From Bacillota bacterium (GTDB taxonomy: Bacteria > Bacillota > Clostridia > Christensenellales > SZUA-584): a stretch of DNA of 64,000 nucleotides. The notes beneath the pieces were generated by a model. The model had not been told where the DNA came from. It searched no databases and saw only the letters and a list, made by a program, of their open reading frames with translations. Each line of letters begins with the position of its first letter. Position 1 is the stretch's first letter. Both the position numbers and the translations under genes were made by a program. The stretch spans positions 2,471 through 66,470 of the forward strand of contig JAEWBO010000033.1 in the NCBI GenBank assembly GCA_023391105.1. The letters run 5' to 3'. Shown here one piece after another: positions 41,792 to 53,786 of the stretch.

Positions 41792-42685
41792 TTGAAGTAC
41801 AAAAGAAGACGCTTGCTGCTTTTTAAGCAAAAGCATATTAGGATCATTATAGGTATCGCGATCGCGCTTGCGATTATTGCGATCTTTTACTTTATCTTAT
41901 CAGCCACAGGACATGAAGCCAAAAAACAAAGTGCCGTGAACGATGTGAAATCCATGGGGCTTATTAATATTGGGCTTCGTGGAGATTTGGGAAAGCTCTG
42001 CACATACGATGAGCAAACGGGTCAGTTTGAAGGCTTTGAAAAGGATGTTGCGGATGAGATTGTCAGCCGTCTGTTCGGCGACGATATCTTGGTCAATTAT
42101 ATTTTGGTCAATACCGAGACGCGCAGCGCATACTTGCGGCGTGGCGATGTCGATATGTCGCTGGGGGCCGCAGCAGATATGGATGAAAAAGGAATCACAT
42201 ATTCAGCCACATACTTTTCCGAAGGCTCTGCGTTTCTTGTAATAGAGGAAAATATAAAGAGAATGGAAGAGCTGTCGGGCGGCAGAATCGGAGTTGTTTA
42301 TGGCACGATGCACGCGCAGAAAAGCGAGGATAACGAAGACGATAAAGACGCAACACTCATGTCCGATTACTTAAAAATTCTCGAGATTGAAGCAGAAGTC
42401 AAAGAGTTTGCTTCCTATCCCGAAGCCATACAGGCGCTGCGGGACGGCTTTGTTAGTGCGGTGTGCGCTAGCGAAACAGCGCTTACACAGTTTGGTATGA
42501 CGGGGATGCTGCTTCTGCCTGAGCGCTTTATGCCAAGCGATTATCGCGTCTGCATAAGCAATTCACTTGGCTTGTTTTCGGAGGCTGTGGATGATGTCAT
42601 CGCAGCCATGAAGCAGGACGGCACGCTGGGTGCGCTGGTGCAAAAATGGGATTTGGTTAATTACCAAGAGCTTGAAGAACAATAA
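41792..42685 (+). CDS. Membrane-anchored family-3 solute-binding protein (amino-acid ABC type), orphan
   Basis: N-terminal TM helix then an SBP_bac_3-like fold (INIGLRGDLGKLCTYDEQTGQFEGFEKDVADEI, DMSLGAA). TTG 41792 follows AGGGG. The track start at 41768 lacks an SD. Confidence 0.65.
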   Translation: MKYKRRRLLLFKQKHIRIIIGIAIALAIIAIFYFILSATGHEAKKQSAVNDVKSMGLINIGLRGDLGKLCTYDEQTGQFEGFEKDVADEIVSRLFGDDILVNYILVNTETRSAYLRRGDVDMSLGAAADMDEKGITYSATYFSEGSAFLVIEENIKRMEELSGGRIGVVYGTMHAQKSEDNEDDKDATLMSDYLKILEIEAEVKEFASYPEAIQALRDGFVSAVCASETALTQFGMTGMLLLPERFMPSDYRVCISNSLGLFSEAVDDVIAAMKQDGTLGALVQKWDLVNYQELEEQ

Positions 42686-42713
42686 TGAAAAAGTTTATAT
42701 AACGGAGGATCAA

Positions 42714-44618
42714 ATGAATACGGGACTCGTGAGAGTGGCTGCGGCCGTACCGACAATCGCTGTGGGGAATATAAAAAAGAATAAGGCATGTATCGCGGCG
42801 ATGATAGGCGAGGCGGAGGAAAAGGGCGCGTCTGTCGTGGCGTTTCCTGAGCTTTGCATCACGTCTTATACCCTTGGCGATCTTTTTCGGCAAAGAAGCT
42901 TGCTTGAGCAGAGTGAAAAATACTTAGCTGAGCTGCTTGAGGAAACCAAAAGCTTAAAGCTGCTCGTTATTGTGGGCATGCCGGTGTCCGTCAACGATAA
43001 GCTTTACAATACGGCTATCGTCTTTCAGTCAGGCAAGCTTTTGGGTGTGGTTCCCAAAGCATACATACCCAACTATTCGGAATATTATGAACAACGCTGG
43101 TTTGCGTCGGGTCTCGATACAGCCGTTCAAACGATACATCTGGCGGGTCAGAAGGTGCCATTTGGCTGCGACCTGCTTTTTGAATGTGAATGCATTCCGA
43201 CGCTTGTGCTCGGCGTTGAGCTATGTGAAGATCTTTGGGTGCCGTTTCCGCCGCATGGCTATCAGGCCATGGCGGGTGCAACGCTGTTTGTCAACATTTC
43301 CGCAAGCAACGAGCTTGCAGGAAAAAGCGACTACCGTGAAGAGATGATCAAGCATCAGTCGGGTCGCTTTGTAGGCGGTTATGTTTATGTATCCGCAGGA
43401 CCCGGCGAATCTACGACAGACACCGTGTTTGGCGGACATGCCGTGATTGCCGAAAACGGGTATCTCATCGAGCGATCCAAGCGGTTCTCATTTGATGCAC
43501 ACATGACGCTCACTGAAATCGATCTTCACCGGCTGTCCCACGATCGCATACTCAAAAATACATTTACCTCCATGGAAAATAACCATCCCTATCGCCGCAT
43601 CCCGTTTTTCGCAAAGGATGCCCATTTAAAGTTTAGAAAATTGGAAAAAATGCCGTTTGTACCGGCCGACAAAACAACACGGGACACGCGCTGCGGAGAG
43701 GTTTTTAATATTCAGGTGACCGCGCTGGAAAGGCGCCTTAAGCATACAGGCTCAAAACATATGGTTATCGGCGTATCGGGCGGCTTGGATTCAGCATTGG
43801 CACTCATGGTAGCCAGCGAAGCAGCGATCCGCGCAGGTCTAAAAAAAGATGCTGTGATTGGTGTGGTAATGCCGGGCTTTGGCAGCACCGATGCGACACA
43901 GGAGCTCGCCAGGCGGCTAGTGGCTGCTGTAGGCGCGACGCTCAAGGAAATCAGCATCGTGGATGCGGTAAAATCACATCTTAAGGATTTGGGACACGAC
44001 GGGCAGGCCGATGTAACGTATGAAAACGCGCAGGCCAGAGAGCGCACTCAGATACTGATGGATATTGCCAATCAATACGGTGGTATCGTCGTGGGCACAG
44101 GCGATTTATCCGAGCTGGCTCTTGGTTTCTGTACCTATGCGGGTGATCAGATATCGATGTACGGCGTGAATGCGGGCGTGGCCAAAACGCTGATTAAGGA
44201 AATTGTGCTTTACGTGGCAAGGGACGACAAGAAATTGAGCTCGATTATTAGGGAGATTGTATCTATTCCGCCATCTCCTGAGCTGCTGCCGCCCAGTCAG
44301 GGCAGCGAGCGGCAGGATACGCAAAAACAGATCGGCCCGTATGATTTAAACGACTTTTTTATGTATTATATACTGCGGTTTCAGATGACCCCTAAGAAAA
44401 TTCTATTACTCGCCACACATGTGTTCGATGAATATACGCCTGAGCAGATCAAAGAGCAGCTCAGGAAATTTTATAAACGCTTTATTGCCTCGCAGTTTAA
44501 ACGCTCGTGTATGCCAGACGGCCCCAAGGTGGGCAGCGTGTCATTATCACCGCGCGGTGACTGGCGGATGCCCTCGGACGCGGAAGCAGATATGTGGCTA
44601 GCTGAGCTTGATGATTAA
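42714..44618 (+). CDS. nadE: Glutamine-dependent NAD+ synthetase
   Basis: N-terminal CN-hydrolase domain (ELCITSY, LCEDLW) and C-terminal synthetase with SGGLDS. ATG follows GGAGGA. Confidence 0.9.
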   Translation: MNTGLVRVAAAVPTIAVGNIKKNKACIAAMIGEAEEKGASVVAFPELCITSYTLGDLFRQRSLLEQSEKYLAELLEETKSLKLLVIVGMPVSVNDKLYNTAIVFQSGKLLGVVPKAYIPNYSEYYEQRWFASGLDTAVQTIHLAGQKVPFGCDLLFECECIPTLVLGVELCEDLWVPFPPHGYQAMAGATLFVNISASNELAGKSDYREEMIKHQSGRFVGGYVYVSAGPGESTTDTVFGGHAVIAENGYLIERSKRFSFDAHMTLTEIDLHRLSHDRILKNTFTSMENNHPYRRIPFFAKDAHLKFRKLEKMPFVPADKTTRDTRCGEVFNIQVTALERRLKHTGSKHMVIGVSGGLDSALALMVASEAAIRAGLKKDAVIGVVMPGFGSTDATQELARRLVAAVGATLKEISIVDAVKSHLKDLGHDGQADVTYENAQARERTQILMDIANQYGGIVVGTGDLSELALGFCTYAGDQISMYGVNAGVAKTLIKEIVLYVARDDKKLSSIIREIVSIPPSPELLPPSQGSERQDTQKQIGPYDLNDFFMYYILRFQMTPKKILLLATHVFDEYTPEQIKEQLRKFYKRFIASQFKRSCMPDGPKVGSVSLSPRGDWRMPSDAEADMWLAELDD

Positions 44619-44646
44619 AAAACGATTCTCAGGAAAGGAAGACAGC

Positions 44647-46014
44647 ATGCATTTTGACATTGACAAGAGAGACGGAAAGCTCATCCTGGAAAACTTGCGT
44701 TGTGACTGCGCGTATAATCATAATATCCCCGAAATGGACATCTATATCAAATCCGGTTTAATCGAAACCTGCGCAGATTGTATCAAAGAGAGCGCTCTTG
44801 GCAGCAATGTGCTGCTTATAGCTGATAAAACGACCTATGCAGTGGCCGGAGAAAAGGTGAAGCAGAACCTCACAAAGGCTGGGCTAGACTGCCGCGTATG
44901 CATATTGCCGGGTGAGCATGTGGAGCCGACGCCGGAAATGGCTGATTTAATTGTCGCACAGGTTGATAACAATACAGATTTTATGCTGGCTGTGGGCTCG
45001 GGTGTGGTGACCGATCTCACGAGACGCAGCGCGTTTTTGGCGGGGAAGCCTTTCGCGGCTTTTGGAACCGCCGCGTCGATGGACGGATATACGTCCATCA
45101 CATCATCGATGATGATAAACAAAATGAAGATTTCTATGTACGGAAACGCCGCAAGGCTGCTGATGTTCGACCCGGAGATTCTTGCCACCGCACCGCTGCT
45201 TATGCAAGCTTCGGGTGTTGGCGACATGCTTGCCAAGTATGGCGTATTGGTGGATTGGAAGCTGGGCAGCGTGGTGACCGGCGAGCCATTTTGCCCGCTA
45301 TGTGAAGAGCTGCTGCTGATGGGGCTCAACACATGCTCATCGCACATCGAAGACATTATTGCCCGTAAAGAAACGGGTATGGAAGCGCTTATTGAGGCGC
45401 TTGTCTATGCGGGACTTACGGTGCTGATTGTGAAAAATACCCGACCCGTTGCGTCAGTTGAGCATAACATGGCGCATTACTGGGATATGATGCATGTCGC
45501 ATATGGCGGCGAGCCGGTTCCGTCACATGGCATTTGCGTCGGAATCGGCTTTATCTATTGCTTGCTTTTTCACGATATGTTAAAAAACGCCGATCTATCT
45601 TTGATCGATAAGGAGAAAATAAAAGCGAAGCGCATGACAAAGCAGCAAAAGAAGGAATACATTTTTGACTGCTATCCGCCGGGCGGAGGCCAGGAGATCA
45701 TTCAAGACAATGTCGACTGGTACATTGATTGGCCGGAGAATGAAAAGAGAATTGATGCGCTGACCGCGTATCATACCCAATATGTAAAGGATTCAGAAAT
45801 TCTGCCCGATTACCGAAAAATGATCACGTCTTTTAAGCGCTTCGGTGCGCCCACGAGCGCCACAAAGGTAGGAATATCAAAAGACAGACTAAAAAACGCG
45901 TTGCTGTGTACCAAGGACTTTCGCAAACGCTATTCCATTGCACAGGCGCTCTCAGAGCTGGGTATGCTCGAGGAATGCACTCAAAGGGTGCTGGAAATAG
46001 AAAGCAACCTATAA
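44647..46014 (+). CDS. Iron-type alcohol dehydrogenase superfamily protein, sn-glycerol-1-phosphate dehydrogenase (AraM/EgsA)-like
   Basis: GSGVVTD nucleotide-binding, ASMDGY and HNMAHYW metal-site-like motifs, plus about 100 extra C-terminal residues. Confidence 0.55.
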   Translation: MHFDIDKRDGKLILENLRCDCAYNHNIPEMDIYIKSGLIETCADCIKESALGSNVLLIADKTTYAVAGEKVKQNLTKAGLDCRVCILPGEHVEPTPEMADLIVAQVDNNTDFMLAVGSGVVTDLTRRSAFLAGKPFAAFGTAASMDGYTSITSSMMINKMKISMYGNAARLLMFDPEILATAPLLMQASGVGDMLAKYGVLVDWKLGSVVTGEPFCPLCEELLLMGLNTCSSHIEDIIARKETGMEALIEALVYAGLTVLIVKNTRPVASVEHNMAHYWDMMHVAYGGEPVPSHGICVGIGFIYCLLFHDMLKNADLSLIDKEKIKAKRMTKQQKKEYIFDCYPPGGGQEIIQDNVDWYIDWPENEKRIDALTAYHTQYVKDSEILPDYRKMITSFKRFGAPTSATKVGISKDRLKNALLCTKDFRKRYSIAQALSELGMLEECTQRVLEIESNL

Positions 46015-46033
46015 TTAAGTCTATTGTTAAAGA

Positions 46034-46069
46034 AAAACCCCGCTGAAGTAAGTATCAGCGGGGTTTTGT
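46034..46069. terminator. Bidirectional terminator between convergent genes
   Basis: 13-bp stem AAAACCCCGCTGA / TCAGCGGGGTTTT. Confidence 0.85.
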
Positions 46070-46080
46070 GTACGCTTGTG

Positions 46081-47229
46081 TTAAACTTCCGTGTAATAGA
46101 TGCTAAGCAGCATTTCCAAGGTGGCCGCTTCATCCGTGACCACGACGCTGGATCCGTCTACCATTTTGCTTTCGCCCGGAATTGTCAACTGCTGAATTGC
46201 ATCGATATTCACACCGTTCAATATTTTCGCAAAATCCAGCGCTTGATCAATGGACAAATCGGTTTTGCCGAACTCCGAGAACTCATCCCAAAGCTTTGTT
46301 ACGGCATCCACCGCACCCATGCTTTTGATCTTCTTGGCGAGTGCGATCATAAAGGTACGCTGATGGCTTGTCCGGCCAAAATCTGATCCATCTGAATCGT
46401 GGCGATTACGCAGGTATTCTTCGGCGTTTGAACCTTTCAGCGTAACAGTCTTGCCTTTACTACCAACGTTGGGAATGGATTGATCCAAAGTGACTTCGAC
46501 GCCGTCCACTGCTTTTGCAATCTTTGTGATACCGTCCATATCGATGCTTGCGTAGAATGGAATCGGAATATCCAGAGTAAAGTCAAGCGGCGTCTGCAAA
46601 TCGCATTCGCGCTCAAGGAATTTTTGCAGACAGGCCTTGGAATTAGACGCACCGTATTTTCTGGGGCCGCCTCCATAGGAATAGGCAGCATTGAGCTTTT
46701 CTTTGACCGTCTTTTCAATCGATCCGTCTTTGCCGATCTTATAGACATCCGTGTAGGTGTCGCGCGGTACCGAGAGCAGTGTGGCCGTTTTGCTGGCTGT
46801 GTCGACCGCGCAGACCATTATCATATCGCTGCGGTAGCCCATCTGCTGCGCTTCACGTTCATCGTTTGAGTCTATACCTAGGAACAAAAGATTGACGATG
46901 GCATCATTCTTTTTATATGTTTTGCCATTGTAGGTAATGACCTCGTTTTGATGCGTCTGAACCGGAGCATCGATGATATTATTCTCATTGTCACTGTCGC
47001 CGTCGATATTCGCTGCCGGCTGAGAAGCCACGAACAGAGAGCCGTAATCGTCATTCGTGAGCTTGACAACTAATAATATCGCGACGACTATGAATACTGC
47101 AACTAGCGTTCCAAGAACGCCGAGCAGAATTTTCAGCTTTTTGCTGTGAACATTCCGACCTTTTCTGGCATTTCCGTTTGTGGCTTTTCTGCCATTTCTA
47201 TTGGCAGTACCATATCCTTTTACTTGCAA
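46081..47229 (-). CDS. LytR-CpsA-Psr (LCP) family cell-wall polymer ligase
   Basis: N-terminal TM helix and LLFLGIDSNDE...RSDMIMVCAVD LCP core. TTG start follows GAGGAG. Confidence 0.85.
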   Translation of the reverse strand: MQVKGYGTANRNGRKATNGNARKGRNVHSKKLKILLGVLGTLVAVFIVVAILLVVKLTNDDYGSLFVASQPAANIDGDSDNENNIIDAPVQTHQNEVITYNGKTYKKNDAIVNLLFLGIDSNDEREAQQMGYRSDMIMVCAVDTASKTATLLSVPRDTYTDVYKIGKDGSIEKTVKEKLNAAYSYGGGPRKYGASNSKACLQKFLERECDLQTPLDFTLDIPIPFYASIDMDGITKIAKAVDGVEVTLDQSIPNVGSKGKTVTLKGSNAEEYLRNRHDSDGSDFGRTSHQRTFMIALAKKIKSMGAVDAVTKLWDEFSEFGKTDLSIDQALDFAKILNGVNIDAIQQLTIPGESKMVDGSSVVVTDEAATLEMLLSIYYTEV

Positions 47230-47286
47230 GTTATATTCTCCTCATCGCTTGATTTCCACCACCATGCGATATACTAAGATGAATAA

Positions 47287-48330
47287 TTAATAGTTGTTGT
47301 AATAGTCGCCTTTCCGGTAGTCGTAAACGGTTCCGTTGGCATAGAAGGCCACGTTATCGAGCGCAAGCCCGGTGCCGATCGCCACGCAGGAAATTGCATC
47401 CTCAGCGACATAACAGGGGATCCCTGTTTTTTCGCTGAGCAGCCTGTCAAGTCCATACAGCAGCGCGCCGCCGCCCGTCATGCAGATGCCGTTTTCGGCG
47501 ATATCCGAGGAAAGCTCCGGCGGAACACGCTCCAAAACACCATGCAATGTTTCCATCATTGTGTTCAGCGGTTCTTCGAGAGCTTCAATCGTTTCGTTTG
47601 AGCTGATGGTAACCACCTTGGGCAGTCCGGAGATCAAATTGCGGCCTGCAACCTCCATGTATATCTGTTCCTTACGGGGAAAAGCAGAACCGATGTTGAT
47701 CTTTATTTCTTCAGCCGTTCTTTCACCGATAAGCATGTTATGTTTCTTTTTCATATAACGGATGAGGGCGTCATCGAATTTGTCACCGGCGACCTTGACT
47801 GAATCGCTCAGAACGATGCCGCCAAGAGAAATGACCGCGATATCGGTCGTGCCGCCGCCTATGTCGATCACCATATTGCCAAAAGGCGCTGAAATATCGA
47901 TACCGGCACCGATGGCTGCGGCCATAGGCTCTTCAATAAGCCCCGTGTGACGTGCGCCGGCTTCCTCCGTGGCTTCTATTACGCTGCGTCGTTCAACTTC
48001 CGTGACACCCGAAGGCACACAGACGACGACACGCGGCTTAAAGAAAAGCCTGCGGCCGATGACTTTGCGCAGGAAATAACGCAGCATTCTTTCGGTATCG
48101 TGAAAGTTGGAAATCACGCCGTTGCGCAAAGGACGCACCGCGACGATATTGCCGGGTGTTCTGCCAAGCATGATGCGCGCTTCTTCACCGATAGCGATGA
48201 CCTCACCCGTGGTTCTGTTAACAGCGACCACAGAAGGCTCGCGGAGCACAATCCCTTTGCCCTTCACATAGACGAGAACGCTTGCTGTTCCGAGATCAAT
48301 TCCGATGTCGTTAAATTCAAACAAGGCCAT
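47287..48330 (-). CDS. mreB: Rod-shape-determining actin homologue MreB
   Basis: GIDLGTASVLVY, DIGGGTTD and MTGGGALL motifs. Confidence 0.93.
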   Translation of the reverse strand: MALFEFNDIGIDLGTASVLVYVKGKGIVLREPSVVAVNRTTGEVIAIGEEARIMLGRTPGNIVAVRPLRNGVISNFHDTERMLRYFLRKVIGRRLFFKPRVVVCVPSGVTEVERRSVIEATEEAGARHTGLIEEPMAAAIGAGIDISAPFGNMVIDIGGGTTDIAVISLGGIVLSDSVKVAGDKFDDALIRYMKKKHNMLIGERTAEEIKINIGSAFPRKEQIYMEVAGRNLISGLPKVVTISSNETIEALEEPLNTMMETLHGVLERVPPELSSDIAENGICMTGGGALLYGLDRLLSEKTGIPCYVAEDAISCVAIGTGLALDNVAFYANGTVYDYRKGDYYNNY

Positions 48331-48446
48331 CTATCATAAACCCCTTTTAAAGTATATTTGCCACTAAAAGTATATACGCATATTAGATAATACTATAATA
48401 CATGTTTCGACTTTTTTCAACCGGCTTTATTAATCTTAACCCAATA

Positions 48447-49397
48447 TCAAACATCTGGCTCGGACTCACGTACCAGTGCGTACAAATCATTTAAAGTATT
48501 CACATGAACCGCAGCGCTGCGCAGCTTAGCAGCGCCGTGCATTCCTTTAAAATACCACGCCGCGTGTTTGCGGATCTGTCGCATGGCCGTTCTTTCGCCT
48601 TTAGCCGCACATGCCAAACCTGCCTGCTTTAATAGCACGGCCATTTTTTCCTGGGGCGTGGCGGGTTTTGATTTTGTACCGTTTAACATCAAACTCTTTA
48701 TTTCGCGAAAGATAAACGGGTTTCCCAGCGCACCTCGGGCCACCATCACGGCATCGCAGCCGGTTATGCTCATCATATTGAGGGCATCTCGTGCACAGTA
48801 AATATCGCCGTTGCCGATGACCGGTATGGAGACAGCTTGCTTAACCTGGGTGATGATCTCAAGATCAGCCTTGCCGCTGTAAAATTGCTGCCGGGTACGT
48901 CCGTGAATAGTTACTGCGGCTGCCCCCGACTGCTCGGCCATACGCGAAAAATCCACTGCGTTTACGCTCGTCTCGTCCCAACCCTTGCGAAATTTCACAG
49001 TGACGGGTTTTGATGAGATCTTGGCTGCCGCCTTTATCAGCAAAGACGCGAGCTGCGGGTTTTTCATGAGCGCTGAGCCCTCGCCGTTAGACGTGATTTT
49101 GGGAGCCGGGCAGCCCATATTGATGTCAAAAAGTGCGATACGATCTGAATGCCGCTCCAGCGGCACTTCAATGCTGCTTTTAAGCGCGTCCACATCGCTT
49201 GCGAAAAGCTGTACGCCGAACTCTTTTTCGTTCTCCGCAAATGCAAGCATGGAAGCCGTTTTGATTGAGCCGTATTTCAGACCCTTGGCGCTCACCATCT
49301 CAGTATAGGTAAAATCAGCGCCCTGTTCAATTGCAATATGGCGAAACGCCGCGTCGGTTACACCGGCAATGGGCGCCAGATATATGCTGCCTCGCAT
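48447..49397 (-). CDS. dusB: tRNA-dihydrouridine synthase
   Basis: LAPIAGVTD, DINMGCP and the TIHGRTR FMN/TIM-barrel motifs. Confidence 0.9.
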   Translation of the reverse strand: MRGSIYLAPIAGVTDAAFRHIAIEQGADFTYTEMVSAKGLKYGSIKTASMLAFAENEKEFGVQLFASDVDALKSSIEVPLERHSDRIALFDINMGCPAPKITSNGEGSALMKNPQLASLLIKAAAKISSKPVTVKFRKGWDETSVNAVDFSRMAEQSGAAAVTIHGRTRQQFYSGKADLEIITQVKQAVSIPVIGNGDIYCARDALNMMSITGCDAVMVARGALGNPFIFREIKSLMLNGTKSKPATPQEKMAVLLKQAGLACAAKGERTAMRQIRKHAAWYFKGMHGAAKLRSAAVHVNTLNDLYALVRESEPDV

Positions 49398-50005
49398 CAG
49401 TCTTCGATGATATCCTCCGGATCCTCAGGTGTGGGCGACGGCGACGGCGATGGCGATGGCGTCGCAGAAGGAGCAGTGGGAGTTGGCTTGGGCAGCATTT
49501 CGACGAGATCCATCGAAACAATGCGCCAGCTATCCTCATAGCGCTTAAGCGTCAAATTGTAGACGCCGTTGTCCCAATACGGCACAGCGATATCAGTTAT
49601 TTCTTCATCCTCCGGCTCGTCATGTAATTCGGCTTCTATATCCGAGACCTCTTCGGTAACGCGTAAGGATACGGTGCTCTGCCATGGTAAAACCAAGGAC
49701 AAACCGATATCCGCTTTATAATCATAGCTGGAAACATCAAAGGGTTGATAGGCTGTGGAATTAAGCAATGTGTCCTGCTCAAGAAAGCTTTTGGAGAATA
49801 CCTTGGAAAGCAGCGAAGGATCTTCTCCCTTTATCACCACTTCAGCACGAACCTGAAGGCCGTCTTTCACAAGCGTTTGTATACTCATGTAATCCAGTGC
49901 GGCAAAAAAAGCCAAAACAACGAGGCCGACAACAAGACCGCATATAAGCAGCCTTGTGAGAAAGAACCAAAGAAATCGAAGCACGACCCTAACCGATGGC
50001 GACAA
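49397..50005 (-). CDS. Hypothetical membrane protein with a Ser/Pro/Thr-rich acidic tail
   Basis: TTG start lies 9 nt after AAGGAG. One N-terminal TM helix. Stop overlaps the dusB start by 1 nt. Confidence 0.6.
   Translation of the reverse strand: MSPSVRVVLRFLWFFLTRLLICGLVVGLVVLAFFAALDYMSIQTLVKDGLQVRAEVVIKGEDPSLLSKVFSKSFLEQDTLLNSTAYQPFDVSSYDYKADIGLSLVLPWQSTVSLRVTEEVSDIEAELHDEPEDEEITDIAVPYWDNGVYNLTLKRYEDSWRIVSMDLVEMLPKPTPTAPSATPSPSPSPSPTPEDPEDIIED
49433..49462. repeat. Five tandem GGCGAY/GGCGTC hexamers
   Basis: GGCGAC GGCGAC GGCGAT GGCGAT GGCGTC, encoding PSPSPSPSP on the minus strand. Confidence 0.9.
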
Positions 50006-50261
50006 AACAGATCACTCCTTTTCTTGGTTCATCATATCATAATTGTGTTTTGTCCACAATATAATATCAATTATTGAAATACTGGCTAAAGCGTATTCAC
50101 CATCGCATGGCGATCCTCGTCTTCGTCATATTCAGCGATTCGCGTCTCCATCGTTTTAAACCAAAGGTTTCCTTATAGACTCTAACGGCCGCAAAGATTG
50201 CCCGCCCGCTTTTTCAGCTCTTAAAAAGTGGGTTTATGCCGCTTTCTCTGGACAAGAAAGA

Positions 50262-50300
50262 ATAAAAAACGTCCGGACGATAATCTGTCGCCCGGACGCC
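50262..50300 (-). terminator. Intrinsic terminator after lysS
   Basis: Minus strand reads CGTCCGG ... CCGGACG followed by TTTTTT. Confidence 0.75.
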
Positions 50301-50341
50301 TTGTAAAAATATATAAAAGAGCGAAAAACGCTCAATATACA

Positions 50342-52317
<1,976 letters not shown>

Positions 52318-52687
52318 GGCTACCTCCCGGTGATTATCTTTTGTTTAGATAATATGTGCTTTTTAAATGGTATTATACCAGTACTATTATATGGTAAGTC
52401 ATGAAAATAGCCCATTTTTATAATATGGAGATTATATGGCAAGCAAAAATAGTTGTCAAGAAGAATACGCACAATAAGCGTTATAACAAGCGTATAAGCA
52501 GGTTAAACATGACAGATTTTCTTTGCTATTTTTATATCATATGCTATACTGACTGCATAATAAAAAAGGTAAAAAAACACGTGGGTAGGTGCTTGTGTTT
52601 CCGAAACATGAAGCATATAATAAATAAAAAGTTCGTTAATTATTTAACAATGTTGCTATAAATATTTCTATATTCTAGGAGGTTATC

Positions 52688-53764
52688 ATGAAGGTATACA
52701 ATTTTTCTGCGGGGCCCGCGTGCCTGCCTGAAGCTGTGCTCAAGCGTGCACAAGAAGAAATCGTTTTCTATGGAAACAGTGGCATGTCCGTGATGGAAAT
52801 GAGCCACCGAAGCGCTGATTATGAAGCGATCATCAATCAAACGGAAAAAGATTTAAGAGAGCTTATGGCGATTCCCGACAACTATCGGGTGCTCTTTTTA
52901 CAAGGCGGCGCGTCTATGCAGTTTTCTATGGTGCCCATCAACCTGATGACCACCTATAAGAGAGCCTACTATTTAAAGACGGGTGCGTTTGCAAAAAAAG
53001 CAATTTCGGAAGCGAAAAAGGTGGGTGAGGTCATCGTTCCTGTCTCTTCGGAAGACAAGACTTTCTCATATATCCCCGAAACCACGCCCGATATGTTCGA
53101 GCAAAAGGCGGATTATGTGCATATCACCTCTAACAACACGATATTTGGCACGCGCTTTACAAAGCTGCCTGATACGAATGGAATTCCCATCGTGAGCGAT
53201 ATGTCTTCTTTAATTCTCTCTGAGAAGATAAATGTGAGCGATTACGGCCTTATTTACGCAGGCGCTCAGAAGAACATCGGGCCCGCGGGCGTGACAGTGG
53301 TGATCGTGCGTGATGACTTGATTGGCAAAGCACCAGAAAACACCTCTTCTATGCTTGATTATAAGGTGATGGCGGACAACGATTCTATGTATAACACGCC
53401 GCCGACATACGGCATATACATCGCAGGGCTCGTATTTGACCAGCTTCTTAAGGAAGGCGGTGTGGATGCCATGCAAAAGCGCAACGAGGAAAAGGCCGCG
53501 CTGCTATATGATTATCTTGATAATTCATCGCTGTTTAAACCCACAGCGAATAAAAAGGATCGCTCGCTCATGAATGTGACGTTTGTGACGGGAGATGCGG
53601 ATCTGGATAAAAAGTTCGTATCTGAAGCCAAAACACAGGGCATCGTCAACATCAAAGGGCACAGAAGCGTGGGCGGCATGAGAGCCAGCATTTACAACGC
53701 AATGCCTATCGAGGGTGTGCAGACGCTGGTTGACTTCATGAAAGCATTTGAAAAAAAAGCGTAA
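52688..53764 (+). CDS. serC: Phosphoserine aminotransferase
   Basis: FSAGPA N-terminus and the PLP-lysine region [12 protein letters not shown]. Confidence 0.93.
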   Translation: MKVYNFSAGPACLPEAVLKRAQEEIVFYGNSGMSVMEMSHRSADYEAIINQTEKDLRELMAIPDNYRVLFLQGGASMQFSMVPINLMTTYKRAYYLKTGAFAKKAISEAKKVGEVIVPVSSEDKTFSYIPETTPDMFEQKADYVHITSNNTIFGTRFTKLPDTNGIPIVSDMSSLILSEKINVSDYGLIYAGAQKNIGPAGVTVVIVRDDLIGKAPENTSSMLDYKVMADNDSMYNTPPTYGIYIAGLVFDQLLKEGGVDAMQKRNEEKAALLYDYLDNSSLFKPTANKKDRSLMNVTFVTGDADLDKKFVSEAKTQGIVNIKGHRSVGGMRASIYNAMPIEGVQTLVDFMKAFEKKA

Positions 53765-53786
53765 GACAGCTAAAGGAGTGAATAAT

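Noticed and set aside
52401-52661. 86-aa plus-strand ORF in the greA-serC spacer
   Set aside because: It sits in AT-rich spacer, has a Lys/Asn/Ile/Tyr-biased composition and no SD.
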